DNA of 64,000 nt from Eimeria praecox (Eukaryota): positions 434,001 through 498,000 of the forward strand of contig OY986947.1 in NCBI GenBank assembly GCA_963920595.1, read 5' to 3'. The notes beneath the pieces are model-generated. The model worked only from the letters and a program-made list of their open reading frames with translations. It did not search any database and was not told where the DNA came from. Of this stretch, positions 1-10,699 are shown in pieces; positions within the stretch are counted from its first letter, which is position 1; each line of letters opens with the position of its first letter. The translations under genes were made by a program, and so were the position numbers.

Positions 1-38
1 ATTGCTTTGCCGTGCACAACCTCAAGTCTGGCCCTTAC

Positions 39-368
39 GGAACAAGGCGACTCTGCCCCTTCTGACAGCTTTCGGGTTGTGAGCATGTAATGCTTTGAAG
101 CACCACTGGATGAGAAGGCCTTGAAACAGCGGATGAGCATATATGCAAAGGCAGCACTGATCACTACCAGAGACGCCAGTAAGATGGACGTTCGAGGGAG
201 TTTCCTTGTGCCTCCCTGTAAAAGAAAACTTTGACTGTGCAAAATAGCCTCATTTTGGCGTCTAATGATTTCAGAGCCGGGCGGCGAAGTGTCCATGGCC
301 TCCAGACCGTTGGCCGGCGCAATAACCAGCGCCCAGCATGCAGCGACAAACGACCAGAAACGATACAT
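39..368 (-). CDS. Probable first coding exon of a secreted/membrane protein (signal peptide, TM helix, RKLSE motif) of an Eimeria-type lineage-specific family; gene continues beyond the window start
   Basis: ATG at 368 opens a stop-free frame that runs off the left edge, which explains its absence from the ORF track: MYRFWSFVAACWALVIAPANGLEAMDTSPPGSEIIRRQNEAILHSQSFLLQGGTRKLPRTSILLASLVVISAAFAYMLIRCFKAFSSSGASKHYMLTTRKLSEGAESPCS. It has an N-terminal hydrophobic signal-like segment, a second hydrophobic helix ending in RC, and an RxLxE-type motif, followed by a consensus-like donor TCC|GTAAGG at 38-33. Confidence 0.65.
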
Positions 369-844
369 TCTCAATGTGAAGTAATTATTTACTCAATTTC
401 ATTGTCAGCAGTACAGATGAAATGTCTTGGAGCTCTACCCCAGTGAGTTCCTGTATCGCCCGATGCTTTGCTGCTGCGGTTGGTCGGGGCTGCAGCTTAG
501 TGCCAGGCGTTACAACGGCATCACCGAACTGCCTCAGGCGACAGAGCGAAGCACCTAAAACACGTTTAGGTTATGAATGTAATTGTGAAAAATATAGGAT
601 GATGTTATGATGCATTAAGAGGAGTTCAGAGGTTGGTTAGCAGTATGGAGGGGTGTCCACTTCAGCGTAGAGGCATTTGCCCTAGGGTAAAGGCATTGCT
701 ACACTTGCCACCGACGCCGCTTCAGCACGCTCAGCGCAGAAAGAGCAGGCAGGAGCAGGCAGTCTAGTTCTTTACATATGTTAGGGATTGAAATCCAGGC
801 TAAATTCAATGATGTTCAACGTATGAGGAATATATGAAAGCCTG

Positions 845-923
845 AGTGCTGTCATGAGGCTCGCAAGCGATCTACTCGCGTACACGCGAGTATATCGCTC
901 AAGTGACGATGCCTCGCGACACT
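845..923. other. Imperfect inverted repeat/hairpin
   Basis: Inner arms AGCGATCTACTCGCGT (866-881) and ACGCGAGTATATCGCT (884-899) pair with 1 mismatch. Outer arms are TGTCATGAGGC (850-860) and GCCTCGCGACA (911-921). Confidence 0.75.
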
Positions 924-1199
924 ACAAATGGAGGCTGTTTCGGGAGCATGCATTTTGAAACAAAATCAGGGGAGCGTCTGGGGGGTTCTCAAATTTTTCT
1001 TTCCCCTCTTGGCTAGGAGCGCGTTGTTGGAACCGTTCAGCTCATTCCCTGCCTCGGCAGCCAAAATGTGGCGAGGGTGCTCGATTTTAGCTGATGGCCA
1101 TCGCTATAAGGAGAGTACACGATCTTAGCGGCGGATCACCTCTAGCTGAAAGAGATTCAAAGATGTAAAGAAATAGTTCGCAAAAGTCAGATGGCTTCC

Positions 1200-1690
1200 G
1201 CTTCAGCCTCGCGACTTTCGGACCCAGCGGCACAAGGGCCTGGTGCCGGTGGGGACACATACTGCAACGCACCTGGAGGGCCTGGGATGTGCATACACAC
1301 CCCATGCCCCTTTTCTGTACACTCTAGCCGTGCAGACAGTAGGGGGAGCTTTCCATGAGCATTCACTTAATCCTCCGTAGTCGACCTGCGAGCAACTAGA
1401 GGTACGAGCGCACAGAGCATGCTGCACCTGACTCATCATCTCCTTTAACCCGCATATGCTCTCGTGTGCCAGATCGCCCAGCGCGGGGAGGGTACACCGA
1501 GCGATGGTTACTCCCGCACTTTCCGTCACAGTAGGGGGTATGGTTGTGGTTGCTGCATTGATTCCCCCTGGTGCATCTGCCGAGTATTAGAATGTTGCTG
1601 GCTCATCCGTTGCTTCTGCACCCGATAATGATGCATCGCCGCTGCGTGTCTTGTCGATGAGCTGCTGCAATTGCTACTGCAGTCCCTCCG
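1200..1690 (-). mobile_element. Possible degenerate gag C-terminal fragment (zinc-knuckle-like)
   Basis: Frameshifted C..CTEKGHGVC / VRCSMCPHRH cysteine-histidine pattern at ~1335-1240, abutting the truncated RT of the neighbouring element. Weak. Confidence 0.3.
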
Positions 1691-2950
1691 GAATGCGCCA
1701 CTCCCATCCTTTTTCTTCGCCAACACCGGATAGTGTCGGGACGCGCTAGTTGACTGATAAACCTTTTTCCTTGAGGTAGTTCTTCTGCGTGTTGTTGGAA
1801 TTCCATGCTTTGTGGGTCATCTTTACCTTGGAACAAAACTTGGGGCTGGCCCGCGAATGAGTGCGATGCAGTACGTTGCGCATACAGCGGCTGGCCGTCC
1901 TGTCGTTAGCTCCCTCCTATTGCGATTATCTGAGAAGCCCCCCTTCAATTTTCCCCACTTCTGCTGTACTTCTGGTGTCAGGTGGATCAAATCTTCCCAA
2001 GCCGCTGTGTTCGAAGGACCATAAGGGTACGCACGCATTTCTCCGTCCTCCCCTACAGTGCCTCTGCGCCGTGTAGTACCCTTGCCACTCCTTTCTGCTT
2101 GGGGTACTGATCCCTTTCATCCCATCGTACAGGACGCGAATGCTCTTAGCGGTGAGAGGCGCACTCCCTCATTGCTTCCGAAACATGCTTCAGTACTGTC
2201 GAATGGAGCCCGCAAGAACGCCCTCCACTTAGTAACTCGGATCATATCGTGCCGAAATGTTTCAACGTAAAAGTCTCCCATCGTATTAATATGGCCAATT
2301 TCTGAATGAAGCTCGTTTTCTTTTTCCATAGCTTTACCGAATCCCGTGTCATGCCTGCAGTCTGCAAACCGGAGGCGCAGAGGCTTCACTGGCCATATCT
2401 GGGTGGTCAGCAGAGCAGAGGGCCCTTTTAATGAATCGTTTTTTGCGCAGATGCACCTCATATGAGACCACTTGGGAGCATCTTGCTTCTTGTCGACGAG
2501 GCCTGCAACTGCGGTTTGTCTCCCCAAACGAGGGAAGACCATGATCAATATTCACTGTTCAGAAAAAAGGGAGGTTTGATATGGATCTCCGAAATGTAGA
2601 AATGTGGAAGGGGTTTTTGAATTTTTTTCGCGACGCATTGCTGCGCGATAAACTTCTTTGCATCGGAAGATGGCGTTCGTGCACCTGCCCGCATGAGCCT
2701 TCCGATACTTCCATGTGTAACGACATTCCTCCACCTCAACCGAAGGTCGCCTCTAGCTGCAATAGGGTCACATATGTAAAGAACGAGCTCGTAACAGGCA
2801 GCTGACCTCACCTCCAGCCTCCTGCCACCCACAGCATCTCTGCACAAGGGCTTGGGTTGGTGCCCCCCTGGTAGGCCAGCAAGTCATATACGATTGGTTC
2901 ATAACAGGGCTATCCCATGGAGGCAGGCAATAGGTAACCGGTTGATCCAA
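1690..2950 (-). mobile_element. Degenerate Ty3/Gypsy fragment B (gag end, protease, RT start)
   Basis: Protease-like VAGLVD...PLRLRFADC...GDFYVETFRHDMI..VTKWRAFLRAP (2548-2117), linker GKLKGGFSD..RELTTGRP...IALIRGPAPSFVPR (2038-1823), and first RT motif PVLAKKKDGSGAFRRD (~1735-1690). Many stops and frameshifts. Confidence 0.8.
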
Positions 2951-2960
2951 GGACAGGGAA

Positions 2961-3444
2961 TTGAGGGGTGAAACACTGGGACTCGCTAAGAATGGTGGAA
3001 TATCTCCTCATTTCACAGCAGTCGCTAGGAACAAAACAAGCGGGTTTGGAAACGACCCAGATTTGAGGCCTACGGATATTGGGGCTGTGAATGCCAGGTC
3101 AGCCCAGAAAGGACTTAGTAGTGGTAATAGACAGCAACCATCAAGATCGGCAGCGACGAAACCAGGATGGAGTAGCGAGCAGCTTACCTGCGCATTTTGG
3201 AATAGGACAAGACCACATTATCCGAGGATGAGGATACGTAGAAATGGCTGAGCATCCAGAGCAGCAGCGCTTCGAGCAGGGCCACCATGGGAGCAAACAG
3301 AAAACGATTAGGGAAAGGTCCTTGCCCCCAAGCAACGCACGGCACACTGAGGGAGGAGCGATCCGGTTAAGATAATGCTTGTTCACGATCATATAAATAT
3401 ATATATTATATATTATATTATTTATATTATTATATTATAATAAT

Positions 3445-3539
<95 letters not shown>

Positions 3540-4290
3540 ATTATAATATAATAATATATATAATAATATATATATTATTATTATTATATATATATATATA
3601 TATACATATATATTGTCAGAAGTTACTAGGGATCCTTGACGCCGGTTATGAGGTGGATCTGATGTCTAAAGCCACGGCGCGGATGTGCAAACTAGCAGTG
3701 AAATGGTCGGTGCACGTTCTGAAACTACGCTTTGCTAATGGGGTGCGAGACGCGAAAATCCGTAAAACTATGAAAGGGAAATGCGAGCTCTATGCAGAAG
3801 CGGATCATGCTACTGTGTGACAGTGCTTCTATGTTGGACCGATTCACCACGGCTAAATCCTTGGGATGTCGTTCGTGACTCAACGAAGGGTGCTTCTGCG
3901 GGCTCCAGACGACGCGTTTGAGGCATATATGCTGTAAAACGTTGACACAGTGCAACTCTAAATGCCTCCAACACATATTCATCATCTGCCTTAAGAGGAG
4001 TGCAATCAATGTCTCAAACAGAAAGGAGCAGCGAGATTTCTCGCTGCTCAGAGGCACTGCAGGTGCCGTCGGAGAAGCGCATGCGCTCCGTCAAGATGGG
4101 CTTACGAGGATCGCAGTTTCGGGAGAATGGTTCCAACTGAAAGCTGAAAAATGGCAGGATCAGGGCAAATTTGAAAGAAGAGTTCTCATATGTACTCAAT
4201 AAGAAGGATCTTCCAGTGGGCCAACCACCCATTTGTCGCTCAATGCGGCGCATTCAATTCATCCCGGGAGCAGCATCAAGCTTTGTTTTT
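2961..4290 (+). mobile_element. Degenerate Ty3/Gypsy fragment C (gag end, protease, pre-RT linker), interrupted by a TA microsatellite
   Basis: gag-like PTDIGAV and knuckle remnant LTCAFWNRT..HII (3070-3230). From 3614: CQKLLGILDAGYEVDLMSKATARMCKL...LKLRFANG...FYVGPIHHG*ILGMSFVTQRRVLLRAP (retropepsin-like). Then LKEEFSYVLNKKDLPVGQPP...IQFIPGAASSFV. Aligns by eye with fragment B. Confidence 0.85.
3391..3613. repeat. Imperfect (TA)n/(TAT)n microsatellite, ~220 bp
   Basis: Directly visible, almost pure A/T tract. Confidence 0.98.
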
Positions 4291-4301
4291 AGTGTTTGGC
4301 T

Positions 4302-4350
4302 TCCAGCAACCAGCTCGAACGTCGGGCCAACGTTCGAGCTGGTTGTTGGA
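4302..4350. other. Near-perfect 49-bp palindrome at the junction of oppositely oriented retroelement fragments
   Basis: TCCAGCAACCAGCTCGAACGTCGG-G-CCAACGTTCGAGCTGGTTGTTGGA: 24-bp arms with 2 mismatches. Confidence 0.9.
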
Positions 4351-7300
4351 GCAGGGATGTCGGAGAACAGCGAGTCAAAGACCGCACCTTTGCAATACAA
4401 ACCCACTTGGCACAGGAGATGGAATGATGCAGGACTGATTGATTTTTGGGTGGATAGAGAGGCGCAAATTTTCGAACCAGCGTGCTGCTGATTCGTTCTG
4501 TTTGACCGTCTGCCTCGCGATGATTTGCGCTCGTGATCTTGTACTTGGTGTTAGGCCGATACATAAATTCACGCCAGAACGCGCTAAAGAACTTCAGGTC
4601 CTTTCCAGTAATAATGCTTTTCGCTCAAGGTTCCTCAACCTGGAGCTTCCAGACGTGTTTAATGAATGCTTGGGCCATTCCTTCTGTTGCAAATAAAACC
4701 GAGCAGGAAATTAAGTGGAAGTAATTGCTGAGCTTGTCCACAGCATAAATGGTATCGCTGCCTGTGACTGTTGATAAAATCCGCATGATATACATCGAGA
4801 TGCCCCTCCAGAATCAGGTCTGCGATCGGAATACTCTAAACTTTAAGAGTTTGAGAGTGTCCCACCGCATATGCTTGACATTCCGGGCAAGCGATGACCT
4901 ACTCTTCGGCTGAGGGGCGCATCCCAGGCCACCAAAAGAACTCGGAACCCTCTTCATTTATTGGCACCTACACAGCTGGCCATAACATGGTTGCGCGTTT
5001 TGCGCAGAGCATCTGTACGAAGCGAAGGTGTAACCTTTGCTCTGGAGAGTCCACGGTTCGCCTGGCACCACACGAGATCGTTGCCAACGCTATAGCCCGT
5101 TGGTGGTCCTCGGAAGGCCTGGAGCTGTGTGAGTATCCGAGTGGTAAGAAGAACGCAGTTTAGAGAGGGAGCGGGAATCATTGCAGATAAGCACAGTTGC
5201 AAAATACAGCGGGCAGGTAGCCGGGGGATGGTGTCAGCGACCACATTGTCGATTCCTTTTGTATATTTGTTCGTGAAGTCGTACTATGTAAGTCGTATCC
5301 TGGCAAAGAGCGCTAACGATTATGTCAGGTGCCATCATTCTGTCTTCATGATACGTGTGCCAGGAATTGACGGTCCGTTTGAAGAGTGATATGCTTGTCA
5401 TAAAAGTAATGGCGGCACTGTTTTACTCATCATCAGTTCTTTCAGACCTCCTTCGCACCGATCGGATGCTATTGCTCCCTTTTTCTGAGGCGATTTGATT
5501 AGAAAGCGATTATTTGGTGTTTCGCTGAGTCAGTTGCCTGGTGCAATAGCCTCACCCCAGTTGCTTTCACTGGCGCTTGATATTAGGAAGAAATGCTTGT
5601 GGAAATCGTACTTAGAACATGCTAAGAACACGATAAATCTCTAGCAAAGGAGCGCTTGCAGGGTACAGCCACAATAACGCCTGGTTTGTTTCCATACAGA
5701 CGGAGGATTAGCGGAGACTGACTGTATTAGTGAAGGTGAAGTTCTGGCAAGCCTAGCAGACACGCCACCGAGCCCTCCGCAATGACTCTCCTGAACCAGT
5801 TGAGGTGATCTGCGAGTCATCGCATTCCAATATTATCAGACTCATCTTGGTTTCATTCATTTCGCGGTTAACTGGTTGCCATTAGGCGCCTTAGCTGACT
5901 GATGGGAACAACTCAGGCGAAACGAAACTGTCTTACATACTGCTGACGGCTGATGGCCTTAGTGCGGGCAGGAGCTCCACGGGATCGTCGCTTATTCTGG
6001 AAGGGCTTGAGAGGCGTTACTATATATGTGGCAGCACTGCCTCCTAGTCGACGCCCCTTCGTGCTACGCACACATGCCGGACGGCAGAAGGCCGCAGTAG
6101 CATCTCCCGCCTAAACAGAACGCTTGGTTTTGTTCGGTAGGAACAGAAATAATACCGTCCACAGCTCCTCTTCGCAGTGGTTGCACGTTCGCCTCCCACT
6201 ATGAGTACGTTCGTTCTTACTGGGCCAAGGCAGAGGTGCCCTTCTTGCTGTCACCGAGGTCGTCCCTTCAAATCACCTTAGCAACCATAGCAAGAGGGGC
6301 AGCTTGGCTGCCACTGAAAAGAACGCTGCCGCTGGTTCTGGCTGGACCCTTCACGATTCCTCCATGATTTGATCTACTATCTAACAACCTTCGAGAGGCG
6401 CGGTTCGCCTCACGGTGTGCGGATTGTTCCGTGGTAGTCCACTAGTCCACGGTACCGTCTCAGCGGTATGCATCCTTATCAACGCTGACGCCCAACGGCG
6501 TTGTCTCATTTACGCATGCTTGCCATTTGCGCATATTCCCTGTCCAAAGTTTCATACATTGGCGTGGTTGACTGCTTCGAGTAACCTTGAATGAGCCATC
6601 CTTTGAAGAGTTCCACGCTTGCCCTTGTTTATGCAGGAAGTCTATACAGGAAATCAGCGCCACTCTAAAATTCCGCTCAGTTTGCTAGACATATTTTGCA
6701 TTCACTGCTGACTGTTGGGTAGCAGAGAACATACAGATTCCGAAAAGGCGTGCAGTCTGCATCCCAAGGGGATACCTAGAGCAGGGCCACTCTGTTTCAA
6801 CTTGAACTGGTCATTCGGTGAGGTTGAACGCGAAACCTAAGCCCTACCCTAAAGCCGTAAAGTCCTAAACCCTAAACCCTAAGCCTATACCCTAAGCCCT
6901 ACACTGTACACTCTAAGCCATAGCCATAAATAACCCTAGACCCTTGGCCAGAAACCCTGGACCCTGGGAACCTGAACCCACATCTAGACGATAAATCCTA
7001 CATGCTAGATCCTAATCCCTAAGCGCTGAAATACTGAACGCTCAATCATAAACGGTAGTCCCAAACATAAACCCTAAAACGCATATCCCAAGCCTAAACC
7101 ATAAGCTCTGAGCTCCAAACTGTACACCGTAAAATTTTTAACCGTCAGCCTAAGCAGTAGGCCCAGAAACCTGAACTCTAAAGGCTAATAACTGTATACT
7201 CAAAAGCTAACCCTAAACCCTAAACCCTAAACCATTAACAATAGAAGCTAAATCATAAGCCCTGAGCCGCCAACCGTAAAACTCTAAACCTTGAGCCCTA

Positions 7301-8600
7301 GACCCTAAGGCGTAAAACCTAGAGCCTAAACCCTAAACCCCAATTCTTGAAGCCTATGCAGCATATCGCAAGCCTTAACGCCTAAACCGTCCATATACCC
7401 TAAGCCTAAATCTTCAAACCTAGACGCAAAACCCTAAACCCTAGGCCCTAAACCTTAAACCGTATAGTCGAATTCCCAAATTATTATAACCGAGGCGGCG
7501 GGCAAGCTTTTGGGAGATTCTTCGACGGCGTTTTAGGCTAGGTATGCACAAATAATCAAGGTAAACGGAAGTGCTTAGAAGGCTGCCCCCGTTCACCGCT
7601 TCCGTGATGGGCAAGCAGCAAGACAACTGGACCTAAGCGCGAGTAGCGGAGAACCACTGCTGAACAATCATATGGCGTACTCACTGCAAGAGGCAGGTAT
7701 GCGGAATGCTTAGGGGATAGAGAAGCGCGTTATACACAAGTATGCACTCGGGTAGTCAGAGATGACCCGATGTCGCAGAATTACAGCTGCTTGCAGAAAA
7801 GGGAAGGCCTCTGTTAAGGCATCTGGCATGGGAAAGCCGAGCCGAAAGCGTGACTTGTAACTCCGCCTAGATACTGGTCTGAGGTACTGTAAAAATTCGT
7901 AGAAAGTTTTACACGAAACAAAACGCCTCCAAATCAGCTTTTTTTTAATCGCCCCGTATCCCAGGGGCTTTTGCTAGGCTTGAAAGCAGAATTTATACCG
8001 TTGCCTTTCCGGTTGTATTCGTTGTTTCCAACAAGCTTGGCAGCCATTTAGATAGAATGGATTACAAGCATAGCTAGGTCGCAATAATTGGATCGGATGC
8101 TGGCCCGCAGAACATTCTCTTACGCCATTCACCTAGAGTGGGATGAGTGAACACAGGCCGCAGTGCCCGTGGTATCTAGACTGAATTTCTTCTTTCAACC
8201 AGTAACATACTTAAAGCGGAGCACATGCGAATATAGCCATCAATCTACAGCTAGCAAGCACGCATCATGAATCATGAAGCAGTTATCCCCAACACCGCAG
8301 AATGCCTGAATGCGCATCAGCACATATTTCTTTGGCCGCATGAGAAGTCAAGTTTCCCCTTCTGTTTTGTGGTTTAATGTTGTCGAGGACCCTTAATCGC
8401 AGGCCCGGAGAAAATACCCAGCTGTAGAGCACAGAGCTGTTTCAGGATTTTGCAGGGACGTAATGCATCTACTGGAGAACCTATTTCTTCTAGATAACTA
8501 CTGCTGCTCTGCCTTGCTTAGCAAGAGACGCCAAATATTGCTCTGAATAAGGTAGTTTGATAACCTACTTTCTGAAACTCGGCAAAAGCTTGTGGGGCAA
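4330..8600 (-). mobile_element. Degenerate Ty3/Gypsy element A (gag?, PR, RT, RNase H, integrase), 3'-truncated
   Basis: Minus-strand motifs in Gypsy order. Possible knuckle ERQRYKFCFQ (~8000, weak). Protease VYLDYL..ISQKLARRLG (7570-7490) and LISCIDFLHKQ (~6655). RT APLAMVAK..RDD (~6290), GDATAAF (~6100), NQLTAK (~5875). RNase H YDFHKHFFLISSAS, IIAF*SNRLRKREQ*HPIGAKE, KQCRHYFYDKHITLQTDRQFL, YDFTNKYTKGIDNVVADTIPR (5610-5220). Integrase FWWPGMRPSAEE*VIACPECQ, ADFI, VDKLSNYFHLISC, SIITGKDLKFFSAFWRE, SANHREADGQTERI (4945-4490). RNase H and integrase are clear; gag extent is uncertain. Confidence 0.85.
6833..7466 (+). repeat. Degenerate interstitial telomere-like (CCCTAAA/AAACCCT)n tract
   Basis: 7-nt periodic CCCTAAA/CCTAAGC/CCGTAAA variants, with perfect cores such as AACCCTAAACCCTAAACCCTAAA at ~7209-7231. 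Confidence 0.92.
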
Positions 8601-8899
8601 GTGCCTTGCCGTGCCAGAGAGGGTACAACGCTCAAAGGAATCGTGCCAACGTTGCACGGTGAGTGGAAGCGACGATGGCATATTTTGCAGCAGCATATCA
8701 GAGGTGCACCCACACCCGGCCCGGGTAAGGCGACGGGCGCATCACGCGGCTTTTTCTATGCGTGGGGAGATCATAACGAAACACCTCATAGGCACGCAAA
8801 CAAGTACAGTAAAAGACGAATTCAGTGTCATTAATATGAGTCTTTTGAGTGGCAGCTTGTAGCCCTCATCTCTTGCAGTATTTCATCGTGCAACCGTGC

Positions 8900-10023
8900 C
8901 GCCGTGACCAAAGGATTCATTTTATCAAGAGGCACATGAGCTGGCCAAATACCGTGAATTCCCAGATGCTCTTCCATACATGCAAGTTCAGCACAAGAGA
9001 CGAAGTTCGTCCAAAAAAGGAGACGTTATAAGGAAGACTACGGAATCGCCCGCAAGAGCTGACTGGTGAAGCAAACGCTGCATAGCGGGTTGGCGAAGCA
9101 CTGAACATTACCAAGAGCAACTGTTGCTCAGTTTTGCAACGCATACCTGCCCCGGCGCCTCACCATAGGCTGGACTAGTACTTTTGGCCCGACACTGTTT
9201 TTGCACAATGAAAACTAGGATGGACTACTCTACTTGAAACGCGATTTGCGTGAGCCTCACCCAAGATTTAGCCAGCATATACTTAATCATATCAGTGCCA
9301 ATTTGCAAAAGCGTTTAGGAGAAAGCGTCGGTTAAAGGAGCAGCGCACTCTCTGAAACGCAACACACCGTGTGCGCGCCGAAATAAAAAGTGCTCACCGG
9401 GTAAAGCTGTACTGCTGCGATGAGTCAAAGAAGAAGCAAAACCCATCGGCACTCTTAACCACTACAGGCAACCTTTCAAGCTGTATCACGACCGAGCACG
9501 CACACTGGTATTTCGTCAAGCATTTGCAAAGCGTGCAAACTGACAGAAGCAGCAATAGTTCAGCGGCGGTACAATCCGTCGCATGGTTCGTTATTTCTTC
9601 TCTTTCATGATGAACTTCCAGGCATTTTGGTGTCGTTAACTAAGTCATTCACTGCCGATTTATACTTGGGCCTTCATCCTTGCGCCCAGGTGGAGATCTA
9701 TCCTCTCCGCTGCCGAGTGTCGTGTAGCGATGCAGTGCAGCGACAAGGATATGAGGAACCAGCTACAAAGCGTCGTCTTGGCTTGTAAGAATCCTGAAAC
9801 CTCAGTAAGTTCAGTGCACACCATTTCGCCCCCAATGCATATCCATTACAATGCGAACCGTGAACCTTGCGAGGGTGGCACTTGCTGGCCATATTCCTAC
9901 TGAATCCGCAAGGGCCACGACGGACTTTCTGAGTTGAGCAGAGCACGCAACCGGACAATCTGCAGCGACCAAAATGGCTGAGCTCCCCCTGCACGATGCC
10001 ACGAAACTAAAGAATGGCGGCAA
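8900..10023 (-). pseudogene. Possible decayed paralogue of the gene at 39-368
   Basis: TTG-started LPPFFSFVASC resembles MYRFWSFVAAC. After a frameshift, ..GYALGAKWCALNLLRFQDSYKPRRRFVAGSSYPC parallels ..AYMLIRCFKAF...TRKLSEGAESPC. Downstream extent is uncertain. Confidence 0.35.
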
Positions 10024-10699
10024 TTGAATGAAGACCGAAAACGCCACACTAATAACTAGCCGTTGCTTTTCGCCACGGTTTGGTGACTCCGTATTGCATA
10101 CACCAAGGCCATCCGCAAGTATAAGTGAAACGGAGTAACTAACAGTCGGAGAAAAGTAGCAGGATATATGCCGTATGTACCCCCGCGCCAAACATAAACA
10201 GATAAAAACCTTGCATGCTTCAGCGAAAACCAGATCCTAGATGCAAGAGGTGCCGCCACATACGTTGGAGACAATCCTTACTATATCAGCACGGATACCC
10301 ACGTACTCACACTAACACCGCTGACAGGGCACACCGCTCTGTAATCCATGCACGCGAATTCGGTGCATGCGTTCACTAAAGATAGGCAGCCACTTGAAGG
10401 GCGCTCTCGACCTCCCTTATTATTTATGCAAGGGGACAGCCTTCACCGAGAAGGTTTGCGAGGATGGCACCTAAATAACTACTTTGGAAAAATGCGCAAG
10501 ACCCACAGAGTTCCAAGCTCCCACGAGGTTATAACGAGCAAGAAACTGTAACTATGCAGGTACGCCTTCATGCAACTTAACTGGTATTGTCTCAGTTCAT
10601 CATCGCTTAGAACACTCTGCCTGCGAATTTAGGTATGTAATCCATGAAATATGGAAGAGTTATCCTCTATACTACGACGTGGAACGTGACGCAACCACA

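Noticed and set aside
3614..3822. Apparent LTR with TGTCA...TGACA ends beside the TA tract
   Set aside because: The segment translates on the plus strand as a retropepsin continuing past 3822; no second copy, PBS or PPT was found.
3900..4253. Chromodomain/GPY-F tail of the minus-strand integrase (DDEYVLEAF)
   Set aside because: The region is better explained as the plus-strand protease and linker of fragment C, so no chromodomain is supportable.
6833..7466. True telomere or chromosome-fusion site
   Set aside because: The tract is degenerate, in a single orientation, and flanked on both sides by apparently colinear retroelement sequence.
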